Shown piece after piece: positions 11,789-23,985 of a stretch of 64,000 nt of DNA; the first letter of the stretch is position 1; each line of letters starts with the position of its first letter. The stretch spans positions 22,942,001 through 23,006,000 of the forward strand of contig CM119372.1 of NCBI GenBank assembly GCA_051294905.1, given 5' to 3'. The DNA is from Botryllus schlosseri (lineage: Eukaryota). The position numbers and the translations under genes are program-made. Under the pieces are notes generated by a model. The model saw only the letters and a program-made list of their open reading frames with translations. It had not been told where the DNA came from and ran no database searches.

Positions 11789-14700
11789 AAGAATGGGGAG
11801 AGAACGTTCAACTATATCAGCTGTTGGCTGACAACACCGAAGTTGTGCGTTCGTACACTGCTGGTGACACACCGTGTTGCTTCATTCTGACAATGGTGTA
11901 AAACGTACATCTCAATTTTTGTAAGAACCATGCAATGCCCACGTAGTTTTTCTTCACTTATGATATTGCGGTACGTTGAGCATGCCACCGTGTCAACCTA
12001 TTTGTTTCATCCGACTGTTTATTATTCACAATGGGCAGACAATGCGCCGTCTGCAACGGAAGGCCTATAAAGTAGGCTGCAAGCTGTAAAATGACAAACG
12101 ATAAGTTCACCGATTGTGCAAAATCTACGATACAAATGAAATGCAGGTTGCAAAATTTTTTGTCTTTGTAAACAATTTTGACATTTTTTGACCTAACGCT
12201 AAAATTTTGACCTTATTTTGACTTTTTTTGACATGTCAAAAAAATCACCCTAATGATGATGCATCTTAATTGTTTTTAATCACTTTGCTATAAATTCTCA
12301 TTTCTTGACCTACCATAATGATTCTCGATATATAGTCGCCATATATAATGGGAATCTCCAAACGTACCAGGACATTTCGTAAAGACGCACACGATTCCAA
12401 ATTGGTATTTCTTCGTGGAGCGCACCATGTTCTCTGTGGTCCGCATTTGTATTGAGGGACTCAAACTATGGAGACACTATGAAAAATCATGTCGCCCTGT
12501 CATGTCGAATAAAATTTGAAGTTGAATTGAAATCTCTCAAAAATTAGGGCGCCGATTTGTCAATTCAAATTGCATATTTTGACGGCCGTCAACAAATGCT
12601 AATTGAATTACGTGAAGATGGCCGGATAATTATATGCTTCTGCGGTCACAGCTTGGACTTGGACACCTCTGCGTTAGGACGATGACGTTAATACAACGAT
12701 GAAATCCATCACTTATTGCGAATTGAACTCATTACCCTTGGATTAACTATACCAACGGCCACCTGATCCTTACGCGGGGCCGCGACCAATTAGCGAGATT
12801 CGTCTGTGCAGTGCATGTGCAGTTGTGCACGCATATCCCATCGTATAATGTACCGCGACACGATCTCCCGCTGACATAATTGCGAAATTAGGTCATTGAT
12901 TGCCGCGCGTTAGGCATTCGTCGCTGGACATAGCAGTAACATGGCGCGACAATTCTGGAACACGAAAGACATACAAGAATTATGATTACAAACTCGCGCG
13001 GCCAATCGGTAATTATCCCTTACCGCCAACACAATGGGTTTTACTTAGTATTGAGTAGCTCGCATCGCGACAATTGGTTGCTGATTAAAACATTGATTAA
13101 GACTGCATTGCTGCATTTCCCGATTTACGTTCGCAAAACATAATTCGGTTGGTATTATGGGCACTGGAATAAATTCCTACTAGCAGGCATACACAATAAA
13201 ACACTGTTCAACTTTGCGCTCCGAGAATATTCATCACAAAAATGGCTCACAAAATATTTTAAACGCGGCTTGCGGCCCTCATTGAAGCAAAGAATGCACT
13301 TTAATTTGTAGACGGTGAACGTATATTTGGTCGCCAAATCGCGATAGGAGATGGTGCTTCTCAAAGTGCGCGATGAAATCTACGTTTCTGACGATGAGGT
13401 CGAATTGGTACGTCTAATAAGGATCGTTAGTTTGCTGAAATCAGCATCAGTGCGCTGTGCGAAAAATACATAGTAGTGATCAATTTTATCGGACTGTACA
13501 ATCGGCCGGCAAAGTTACGCTGATAACGATACAAGAGACATGCCGCAGACCTGGAATAATTACAATTACAGGGTGCGCTAGTCATACCTAAATACCCAGA
13601 TTCGGCAATGCCAACGAGCACAATTTATTCAGACGCTGGCATAAGTTTTAATCAAAAAGATACATGAACACAAACAATATTCAGATTGTTCGTGTTCAGA
13701 GATTGTTACTGTTTGGCGAAAGTGTTTCTGCGGACGGTTGCAGGCCTGCATGCGAACGCGCTAAATCAAACCACCAACGATATGAGATATCGGTGACCCA
13801 TTTCGCATACAAATGATTCTCGCTAATTTGCAGTACGCAGCATCGATAATACGAATTAGTGAATTGGCATTTCAAAATAACGGGATTTCTAGTTATAAAT
13901 GAGAAACTCACTGGCTATGCATCAGGGGTTTTTATGCCGACAATGCGAGGCCCGGGGCCTACGGCCGACGAAAGCCCCGATGAGCCAGTCGAATTTGATC
14001 GTAAAATGTTGCGCTTCTAATTATCCACGTGTTATTGCAGTAAGAGCTATATGGGCGCATGCCACGACCAGACATGGGGTAATCGCGATTAGTAATCGTA
14101 ATCGATTACGACGATTAGGCCTACATCATTTTGAAGTAATCGTAATCGCAATTGATTACATTCGAACAAAATCCGAAGTAATCGTAATCGACTACTTCCC
14201 ACATCTAATCGATTTCTTTGTGAAAGAACGATTACTTTTTATTCGTACAAGTACTATGGCATAAACTGAATATTCGTGAACAAGGAAGAGATATTATACC
14301 AGGTTAGTGATAGCACAAACGTCTGATTGTCAAACGCCATAACTCATTATTACGCCAGAAGTATGAGCTTTGCTCGTCTTTGCGTAAGAAGTATCCAATC
14401 CACACATAGTAAATAGATATTCGATGGACATTTTAGTGTGATTGTAACTGTAAGAACACCGACCGTGGTGTATATCAGGTTATCAATACACTGCAGACGC
14501 CACTACTTCGCAGCAGGACATTGATCACCACTCTGCCTATAGTTTAAAATAGTAACTTATGTGTTGATGTTTGGTTATGCTTAGTTAAACGCAGTTTTAC
14601 CGTTGCTGCTTGGCGATCAGTATGCCTAAGTAAGTACGTACACCTGACAAAGATTCGGAATTTTGTACTCGTCGAATAAAAACCTTACGGTTTCCACAAC

Positions 14701-15532
14701 GAAGCATTACAAGTAAACAGCTTCTGATATCATAACCGAGCCGTGCTGAGCTGTTTCTCGTAACACCAGCTTGTACTATCTGTATTAAATTGAAGGCAGA
14801 ATTTTTATGTTCACTCTATCTTATTCTCATATGACTACTTGAAACGGGCGCAAATCGTTATATCACAGTTCGTTACTCAGCATTTGGACCTGCCGCCATT
14901 TAGCCATCCGCTTATATATAGCCTGACATGTTAGCGTGGGTTGTAGCTAGAATCAGAACCAAAACAGCAATCCGTTCCCCAGTCCAAACGTTGGTCAATT
15001 TTTAAAACTGAATTTTGTCAATAATATAGTTATTTGCATTATATTACTAATCTTTTTTAATCCTCTCTCAGCCCCGAGTGTCAGAATTACCTGTAGAGCT
15101 GGGGCATGTAATTCAAAATTATAACATCTGGTATGTTGTTATAATTACTTTATTGTATGTTGTTAATTCGTGACCTCCGGTCTGTTATGTAATCAAAATA
15201 TTTCGTGAGACGCAACGACAAATCGCAATGCCTTTATTCCTTTGTGGATGCGCCGGATTGCATTTGCATTGTGGGCTCAGATTGGAAGGACAGGACTGTT
15301 AGTCACGCGCACCCAGCGCGGCTATTGAAAATGGACGGAAATACTAAGTTTCGGCCAAGGTAATTCTTTGGTAGCATACCCCGTGGAATTGAGTGTTGGC
15401 CGAAACTGCATATGTCTTTTGGTGTGTTGTGGGCTCGTGGCGCGGTAATGACCGACTTCGAAATGCGTATTCCCATAAATTACGCATGTTTTTCTTGAGG
15501 GGGAGAGGTATGCACCAAGCTATTTACTAGAG

Positions 15533-16002
15533 CAGGGGTCATCAACCGTTTTGAAACCAAAAGCTACTTCTTGTGTACTGATTATTGCGACGGACTACCA
15601 CTTACTCGTGCCGTTTATCAATGCTCAGTTGGATTTCTTCACTTATAGTTAGACAATCAGAGTACTGGGCAAGGTTTTCGCCCTTTACCAAGAACGAAAT
15701 GCTCTCACTCGCCGGGACTCACATCCGCTCCTCCGGGCTCGGTTGCGTTGCTAGAGTGCACGCAGAAGCGCCAATCTCCATTTCGAGAGACTCGGGAATA
15801 TTAACTATATATTCCCGTTAAGCCGCCGCGTGAGTGAAGACAAGCAACGCCCCGACCGACTGCGTTCGTATGTTCCTTAGGGTCGACCGACCCACATTCA
15901 ACTGCTGCTCATATGAAACCAGCTTCAACTTTCAAATCTCTCATTTGGATATTTGCTACAGCGACCGCGCGTGACTCATTTGGTCCGCGTCGGTGACCCA
16001 TG
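15533..16002. mobile_element. hAT MITE carrying a 28S rDNA fragment
   Basis: caggggtca...tgacccatg termini; flanks tactagag/taatagaa resemble a degenerate nTCTAGAn-type 8-bp TSD. Confidence 0.65.
15680..15965 (-). pseudogene. Degenerate 28S (LSU) rRNA fragment
   Basis: cttagggtcgaccgacccacattcaactgctgctcatatgaaacc and ctctcatttggatatttgctac are the reverse complement of the conserved LSU segment GTAGCAAATATTCAAA...TTCCATGTGAACAGCAGTTGAACATGGGTCAGTCG. Recognised from memory, not aligned. Confidence 0.8.
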
Positions 16003-16129
16003 TAATAGAAACATTTAAATCGCGAAGCTTGAATAATATTTTCAAGAAGTAATTAAATCGCTCGTAAATACTCCATAATTTATGTTGGTTTACGAAATAC
16101 TTTGAGTCACTTTCGAGCACGCTCCCCAC

Positions 16130-17114
16130 TAGGGATGGTGTGAACCTCTGAAAGGTTCAGGTTCGTGTGAACGCGAACCTTTTTCAAAGGTTCTGTGTGA
16201 ACACGAACGTGAACCTCGTGACGTCACGTGACGTCATATTGCTAATTCCAACCCTTTCTTTCAATGAAGTGATAGCCTATGCCCTATGTTAATGTACACG
16301 ATACCTGGCGAAGATTCGGCCCACATAATGCCACAATGCTGAAGTACACATCGGCGTTTTAAACGTCGCTAAATGTATCAACCGCGGTAATCAAAGGATA
16401 TAGTAATTGCATAAAATCAGTACATTCCGTCGCTTTGCCAACAATTTCGACGAGGACTTACCAAGGAATATAAGCTTACGCCATAACGGTCTTAGCCAGA
16501 CCGGACAATGTGTTCGGAGTCTGAGTATTGCTACATTGATATTGAGCAGAGTGTACAACGGGTTTCTATACTCTCTACCGATACCACAAACAACAAGTTA
16601 TGCAGCAGTAGCAAGCACCTTAATCACACGGATTTGGTTTTAATGATACAGTAAAGATATGAAGTCAAGATTGACCCAGTCCGAACGATCGATTTTTTAC
16701 ATCAGAAGACGATATCAATGTCATTGATTGGTTGAATAAGCATCATTCGCTGACTACGTATATCGATTGCGGGTCAAGCTCCCAGCAGAGAGTCACTAAA
16801 TATTCAGAAACGGAAAGCTGGATATTCCGAGAAAATTTTGCAACAAAGCAAGTAAAACTTTTAGGGTTGTCGAGGTGCATGGTGCATGCTCGTTTAGCGT
16901 TGATTTTTTATGCTGCCAGCACCATGCATGGAGTGGCCCGCAGTTGAAATGCAATAAATTTGAGTCAAAGATCTTATAATGGAGTGAAAATTACAATTTA
17001 CCAAAAGGTTCACAGTGCAGAACCTACCAAGGTTCTGTTGTGAACGCGAACCTCTATATTTCCGAGGTTCACACACAGAACGCGAACGTGAACCTCACGT
17101 TCACACCATCCCTA
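16130..17114 (+). mobile_element. MITE family C (~990 bp, gaacct/ggttc repeats), nested in family B
   Basis: TIR tagggatggtgtgaac / gttcacaccatcccta, perfect TSD ctccccac. Confidence 0.92.
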
Positions 17115-18940
17115 CTCCCCACCTTATTGGGGAGTTTGGGTTGCGGCAGATAAAGACCTGGCAAGATTGCAAATCGTTGGGTGCGATAAATCACCCCCTA
17201 TAAAGTTGGGCAATAGGTACATTATGACGTAGCTTGCGAATGACGCATGATGTATAAAGAAAGATGATATCTCATTAAGCCTTTTCATCGCAATCCTTAT
17301 ATTGTCTTCCAATATATCTTCTAAGATTATAGTCCTAAGAAGCAAAAGGAATGTAATCGTGAGTAATCGTGATTACTTTTCCAATGTAATCGTAATCGTA
17401 ATCGACTACTTCCTGATTTTGCTGTAATCGTAATCGTAATCGTAATCGCGTGATTCTGAAGTAATCGTAATCGCAATCGATTACATTCATGAAGTAATCA
17501 CCGCATGTCTGGCCACGACCTTACCAATAGTAATACATATCCCAACGGTTGGAAATTCGATCCGCGACATGGTTGCGTTCGATGAGTCCGTCCAGCAATG
17601 AAGTTTATTGGAACATAGAAAGTTCCCGCTCAAACTAATCGAATAAATTCAGAATTTGCGCCACCGAGAATCTCTTGTTCATCAATTTTTGACAACGTAA
17701 TTCAAGGCCGTGTACTGCAGAACGCGCATTATTAATCACAAATCGAACACTGACAAGTGACGCCGAGGGAATACGAGTGTAGACAGCAGACAAGAATTAG
17801 CAGCCTGCAGATGATAGCAAACGAGAAAGCGCGCATGTAATCAGTAATTCCACAACTTGCGTACAGCACAATAGGGCTCCGAGTCTGACATCGCGACAAT
17901 TTTTTGCTCATTTTAACGACGTTTGAGCTGCATTGTTGAATTTCCCGATAAAAGTTGGCAAAGCCTTGTTAGAGTAATGAATATGCGCACTTTGCGCAGG
18001 AATGACTTTTCAATTCGCAGGCATACACAAACACACTGTCCTATTTCGCGCTCCAAGCCTCTAACTAAAGAGACTATCACGGAACTAACTCAAGAATTAT
18101 TTTGTAAACGAATATGGGCGCAAATACAATTTACGAGAATGAGAACGTGAATTCGCGCGTCTGGTCGAGAGAGAAGATGGTGTTTCTCAACGCAAGCGTG
18201 TCGAAATCGACATCGTAAACGAGGTTGCTTCTATTGTCTGATTACTAATCACGGATTACAATTCTTTGGGGCGTTTTAAGCACTAGTTCGTCGTCGCCAA
18301 CGAAGCTGCGTATTCAATTATTCGCGCTGCGCCACCCCGCCACCCCGTAACTCAGCGCCTATAGATATATATATATATATCTATATATTCGGCAGCGTAC
18401 CAATAGTACTCAGCCAAATAAATCACTCTCGAACAGGGAATTTTCTTCAAGAATTATCATTAATTTACTTGGCCCTACAAATTTTTTCATTTATTCATTA
18501 AGGTCCCGACGATAGGGTCTCGATCGCATGATCTTGCGATGAGTTTACAAACTTGTAATGCATATCCGACTGAATCAAAACATGATTCGCCTTTGTAACA
18601 CGAGCTCCGTTGCGACAAGTCTCATTCTGCAGTTTTTGTTCGATGGTTTATCATAAGATTTTACCTCGAAGTCGGTTCGGCAAAAATAATCATCAACGTT
18701 TTGATGTGTAGGCCTGCTAAACGCACGGCAGTCCTTGGCAAATATTTAACTCTTTTTTATGATTACAGCATTTGAAGCACATCTAGACCATGAACAGATT
18801 TTATTTTTTTAGGAATCGAACTTAAAAGTCGTTTCAGCCTTACCGCTCCCCACAATTCCCCTATACCATTATATCCGATATCTATAAAAACAATTTCTTC
18901 TATGCACCTTGACTTGAGACTACCGAGTCTACGCCCATTT

Positions 18941-19147
18941 TCATAATTTAATATGAAGCCAATTGACACAGCATACGTAAATTATGTATTCAAATGGTGC
19001 ACATAGTGCTATTCCATATCTGCACGACGGTCCAATATACCAGCCGTCCATGCATGGAGAATTCTCGATGATCTGTATGTTTTTGTCAAAATTTTCCCAA
19101 GTTGGCGAATGGAACTGTTGATAGCATTGCGAGCCATCAGATAATCC
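18941..19147 (-). CDS. VWA gene 1 terminal exon (GLSDGSQCYQQFHSPTW...GPSCRYGIALCAPFEYIIYVCCVNWLHIKL*)
   Basis: ttttag acceptor, phase 0. The frame is supported by many synonymous third-position differences versus 52023-51895. Confidence 0.8.
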   Translation of the reverse strand, partial: GLSDGSQCYQQFHSPTWENFDKNIQIIENSPCMDGWYIGPSCRYGIALCAPFEYIIYVCCVNWLHIKL

Positions 19148-19256
19148 CTAAAAAGAAATATATCATCATGGAGATTGTAGCGTGAAGTACATTTTGTGGG
19201 GGTACGTCGTGTGCAGTGGCTGACGCAGGGGAGGTTCGGGTTCGAACCCCATCCTT

Positions 19257-19529
19257 TGTTGTTGTTGTCGTTTGGGGTATTCATGGTGATTGTCGACTAC
19301 CATGGTCATTTACACCAGGCCAATTTTCTTCATCTTTACTCCGTAAAAGCGCCGACTTGTTGCACAGCCCACTTCTAGGCTTTTATAAGACACCGCTTAC
19401 ACGGATGAGATGGTGAGGAGGAGCCTCCCAATTAGATAGGAATTATTATCGAGTCGACCTCGGTCAGACTCAAACCCGCAACCCATTGGTGATGCAGCTG
19501 TGAATTATACCACTACGCTATCTCGCCAC
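19257..19529 (-). mobile_element. tRNA-derived SINE family 1
   Basis: Reverse complement of the family 1 head and body, (caa)n tail, flanking ccccatcctt direct repeat. Confidence 0.85.
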
Positions 19530-19892
19530 CCCATCCTTGTGAAATATCAATTCTATCTCCAATATATATAAGCTCATTTGTAATTAATCAATTTCTATCA
19601 CGCTGTTGCGTTCCGGCCGAGCAATGCGATGACATATTTCAAGGCGAAGCCTCGCATTTGTGAACTGGTATCTGAAAGGGAACAGCAATAAACATTTATT
19701 GTAATGTTGTCGTTTTGTGTGAAACACAAACACGTGGGCATGCATGTTCTTTAAAGATAGGAGTATGACATGTATATTGGGTTACATATTTTGGTAAAAA
19801 GTGTAATGTGGAATTGATTTGTTAAAACCCGTTACATGTAAGATGTATCTATACATTATAACTGACATAATTGATTTATCCGACTTACATAC

Positions 19893-20025
19893 CTTCATAA
19901 TGTCGAAACAATGCCCAGGATCTCCCGTCACTAAATATGTGACGATCGGTATACCTTGTGCCGAGAATTGTTTCCCGATGTCCCTGAGATGATTTTTCAG
20001 ATTTCCAGGCTTGCAATTGGCGCAC
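19893..20025 (-). CDS. VWA gene 1 exon (CANCKPGNLKNHLRDIGKQFSAQGIPIVTYLVTGDPGHCFDIMK)
   Basis: caacag acceptor and AAG|gtatgt donor, phase 2-0, 133 bp, same length as paralog 52546-52678. Confidence 0.88.
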
Positions 20026-20213
20026 CTGTTGAAGAAATAATGTGATTATTAATATTGAAAAATAAACAATCTGGGTCGTATTGCCTTATCGGTCTGGCAC
20101 CCCTCACAATTCAGTTGATTAAAATGGGTTAAATTATAGATAACTAACATACGGTGAGTTATCTATAGTTAAATTAACGCATTTCTGGCTATAGCACGAT
20201 CTCAACGGGTGCT

Positions 20214-20475
20214 GTGGCGAGATAGCGTAGTGGTACGTTCTACAGCTGCGACACCAATGGGTTGTGGGTTCTAGTCCGACCGAGGTCGACCGCTGGATTC
20301 CTACCTAAGTGTCGGAGGGTTTCGCTCCTACTCGCCACATGATTCGCGGAAGCGGTGTCTTAAAAAGTCTAGAAATGGGCCGTGCTAAGTCGGTAAATAT
20401 GGAAATATGATAAAGAATATCGGCATGCTGTAAAATGACCAATATAGTCGAGACACCATGAATATAAAAACTAAA
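20214..20475 (+). mobile_element. tRNA-derived SINE family 1
   Basis: Same A/B-box head and body as the other family 1 copies. Confidence 0.8.
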
Positions 20476-20694
20476 AATACTCAACGCGCAGTAACGACGC
20501 GCCTCAGAGCGTGCGAACGGACGCGACAAATACCACAATTAGATGGTATGAAGCAGAAACTGAGTTGAGCGAAAGTGATGGCCTTTTCAATATAGTGCTA
20601 GTGAAAATACAATTGGTAGATAGCGTGATAATCGGAATATGTATCGCGCGTTTTTGATGTGTAATTACACCTGTTATACGAATTACAGAGGGAA

Positions 20695-20930
20695 GAAAGG
20701 CAGATCATTCTCCCCTGTACCACCGTGGCTCACAGAAGATGGAGATGCGTAAGGTTATCGAGTCAGCTTCATCATTCTTCTTTTTACTTAATCTCGAGTG
20801 ACGAGCACCGGGCTGGAGGAAGGGGGTAACGGATGTCAGTTTTACAAATTATAGTCTTTGGTCTGACCTTACCGGAATTCGAACATACGACCGACCGACA
20901 GAGAAGCGACCGTTCAACTACTACGCTATC
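20695..20930 (-). mobile_element. tRNA-derived SINE (second family)
   Basis: Minus-strand head gatagcgtagtagttgaac...gttcgaattcc (A/B boxes). Boundaries approximate. Confidence 0.55.
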
Positions 20931-20980
20931 CTGTCAAATCCAATCGCATTTAATACAGCATTCAAATCAATTTATTTTAC

Positions 20981-21118
20981 CCGTCGGTCACCAGGACTAC
21001 AATTCTCTCTGTGCCTTCAACCCCAACACGGGAACCATGTTTCCGACTAAACATTTTCTCCTTCGAAAATTTGAGAGCGTCCAGCAGGCAAGTTCTTCCC
21101 GATGTATTATCATGGTAT
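20981..21118 (-). CDS. VWA gene 1 exon (YHDNTSGRTCLLDALKFSKEKMF...GSR...ERIVVLVTDG)
   Basis: Typical VWA T-x-x-x-x-AL...F....G.R....IVVLVTDG pattern, phase 2-2, 138 bp, as in paralog 55381-55518. Confidence 0.92.
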
Positions 21119-21999
21119 CTGAAAAGACAATAGAGATACATTTCGCAGCTCGACAGCGCGGTTGAAGTATTTTAATTGGTGGGACTTCAGTTATGATTGC
21201 ATTTAAAACAAATGGTGTATTAAAACACTTCGTTTAAACATGTTTTGAACAGTGTTTTAAAACAAAGCTTTTTTAAAATTTTTTTTTCAAAAGTTGTATT
21301 GTTATACCATAATTGTGTAAATACTTTCCAAAAACATGTGGTATGAGCCTATACGAAGATTTACATCCGATAGAGTCGACGGATAAAATATGGCATGGTT
21401 GGAACCCTCGATCGTCGTCGGTTCAAGAGTTATAGCATGTAGATATATGATTGGTACGGAATGGGTGTTCTGATGATGATGACCGCCGTCCTTAAAAATG
21501 CTGCATAACGATCTAGTCCTGGTTAAAGATTTTTGGCCCGTTTACGGCAGGGCTCGGTAGCCTATTTCATCAAAGGAGCCATATTTACCCTACATCTTCA
21601 ATTGTCAATGTCAATCGACTGTGACGTCACAATTAAATATTGGTACGTAATCGACAAAAACAATAAAATCATATTTTAAGCAAGGGCCATTTTAGTACTC
21701 CTAGCTTAGGAGTTGAGAGACACAACCATGGCCTGTCACATCATTACTATCGTCTCTGATATTTCTTTATGTATGTACTATTGCTGGCTACCAACATTAA
21801 TTAATTGGAGACTACTGCATGATGCCTACAGGGTTTTGTAGGTTATAAATTTGCCAGGTAGCTCCTGCAATGAACTAGATTTAGCCTTGCCTATTCGGCG
21901 TCGCTTTTTCTAAATGCCTGGCCGTCCCTAAGTCCAGGGATGTCAAACAGACTAGTTAATCCGGCCTGCGAAGCAATTCTGACTACATTGTATTATCCA

Positions 22000-22515
22000 T
22001 AGGGCTGGGCACAATGATTCGAGCACTCGAATCTGAATCGAGTATTAATTTTTATGATTCGAGTCGAGTAGTAAAAGACGATTTTTTCGAGTACCGAAAT
22101 TATACGCTGCTCGTCACTGAAAGTTAATTTATCAACGAGAATTGTAGTTTCAATACTAATTTTCACTGTTGAAGCCTTGCAACCTTGATTGGCGGTATAC
22201 CGAGATATCGTAGCAATACCAAACATATAGTACAAAGGCGGTTACTGGACGTAGCACATTTCCGAAGTCATGGTTATCCCACAACATTGTCACCAGGTGG
22301 AATGAATGGTCGAAAAAATACCAAAGTATCTTTTATGAGATGGATAACAGGCATTATAATCTTTGTGGTGGCATTTACGGTACGTATTTGAACTTTGACA
22401 TGTTACAATCTGTTATGACGTCATAATGGCTGATACTCGATTACTCGACTCGACTCGAAGCATATTACGTGATTCAGAATCGAATCACTCAGGTACTCGA
22501 TTTTGCCCAGCCCTA
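22000..22515 (-). mobile_element. MITE family A copy (inverted)
   Basis: Family A TIRs, perfect TSD attatcca. Confidence 0.92.
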
Positions 22516-22578
22516 ATTATCCAGCATATGAGAACACCAAAGTGTTCGTAAAACAACTCAGTATGTTGTAAAACTCAC

Positions 22579-22720
22579 TCGATATCTGTGTCCATTCCGG
22601 TGAGCAGTTGTGCCTTTTCGAAATATTTGTCGAAGTTGATTTCGGGATAAACAGTTTTATCAAAATTGAGCACTCCGACACGAGTGGCGTCCTTGCCGAT
22701 GCTGATAGGACCGCAAAACG
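22579..22720 (-). CDS. VWA gene 1 exon (SFCGPISIGKDATRVGVLNFDKTVYPEINFDKYFEKAQLLTGMDTDIE)
   Basis: VWA beta-B TRVGV motif, ttcag acceptor, GA|gtgagt donor, phase 1-2, 142 bp, as in paralog 57075-57216. Confidence 0.92.
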
Positions 22721-23985
22721 CTGAATCCGAGAATGCGTGTTAGGAAATATAGTAATTGGAAATTCACTGGCATTGCGTGGGGCTGCAGGCCAATCCTAAT
22801 TGTCGTCAACGTGGAAAAAAGTTACAATACATCAAACGGGAGAGTTGCTGCAGCCTGTTTCATGTGCAATTTACTCGCAGGCTTAGCCTATATATAAGGT
22901 AACTATATTTTGAGATCCTGAAAAGAGGACACTTATCGAAAATTCTGAAAGCTCTAGCACCGGCTAAGAAAACTGGTGAATTTGATAATTCTTCTACCAA
23001 AACTTCTGTGTTGACTAAAAAAGGTCAACACTTTGGCTCGACTCCCGAACCACCCGATACGATACGATAGTGTGTGGTGTTGAATAAAAAAAGGGGTCAT
23101 CACTTTGTCTCGACTCCTGAAAACCCCGCTTTTTACGATTATCGACTCCCGCATTACCCACTTTTCTACAATTCTGCTTACCAATTCTGCCTAGAAGTCG
23201 ACTTTTTCATGGCATTTTAATACTTTTGCTGATAAGAGAGGACAAATTCCCAAAAAAGAGGCCATTAAGGCGTCCTCTGGGGACACTTTCAATTTTGCGA
23301 GAAAAGAAGGCAAATCCTTTTAAAAGAGGACGTATGGTTCTAGGGTTGTTCAGATTTGCAAAATTGTCAGGAAATTTCGATGCTTGTGACCCAAATGATG
23401 GTTTAGTACATAAAAACACTTATATGAGCAATTTTGGTCATCTTCGTCGTGATCTTCTATCCCCGAAAAGCCCCCAAAGATGCACGGGGCAATTCTCCTT
23501 ACTGCTTGATCTGTAGTGTTGACCATGTCACCGGTTTATAGCTTTGTGACGTTATCATTCGGAAACGGCCATGTAGAGACGAGATATTGCAATAAAATAG
23601 ATATGTTTTCAAAATGTTATTCAAATGCAGCCTGTAAAGGCCACATACATCTCAGTTTTGCTCAGCAAAACCTCTCTGTCATGCTCATGGGAATCATGTA
23701 TTAGTTGCACCATTGACATCGGCTTGATTTGGATCGTACATTGAAGAGGCGCCGTTGGGTTGCAATTCGTGAACAAATACTGATATTCCTAGCTAGTCTT
23801 CAGCCATAAGGTATTATTCAAAGGTATGTAATGTCAGTAATACTTTTCCCAACTTCAAATCATCTGTAAAATACCGAGTTATCTTATTTTATGGTAGACT
23901 GCAATTTAGTTGAAGAAAAATGCCTGAAACAATGCATCCAACACAATGTTCAGCGCTTGCCGTATAGGTATTCTTGTCATATTCC

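Larger units (their letters stand above)
10648..12252. mobile_element. hAT-type non-autonomous element hosting a SINE, which in turn hosts a MITE
   Basis: TIR tagggcgatttttt / aaaaatcacccta, TSD acgatgat/atgatgat. Confidence 0.75.
14069..17511 (+). mobile_element. Large composite hAT-type element family B (gtaatc/gattac subterminal repeats)
   Basis: TIR cagacatg.gg / cc.catgtctg, perfect TSD gccacgac; an inverted homolog lies at 29107-32479. Confidence 0.88.

Noticed and set aside
14085..14210. Regular gtaatc/gattac arrays (also ~17355-17500, 29130-29260, 32340-32470) resembling a CRISPR array or satellite
   Set aside because: These are short subterminal repeats of the family B transposon. 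There are no unique spacers or cas genes, and the context is eukaryotic.
19009..19284. 91-aa minus-strand ORF from the track
   Set aside because: It overlaps the real terminal exon in the wrong frame. Paralog substitutions are synonymous in the GLSDG frame.
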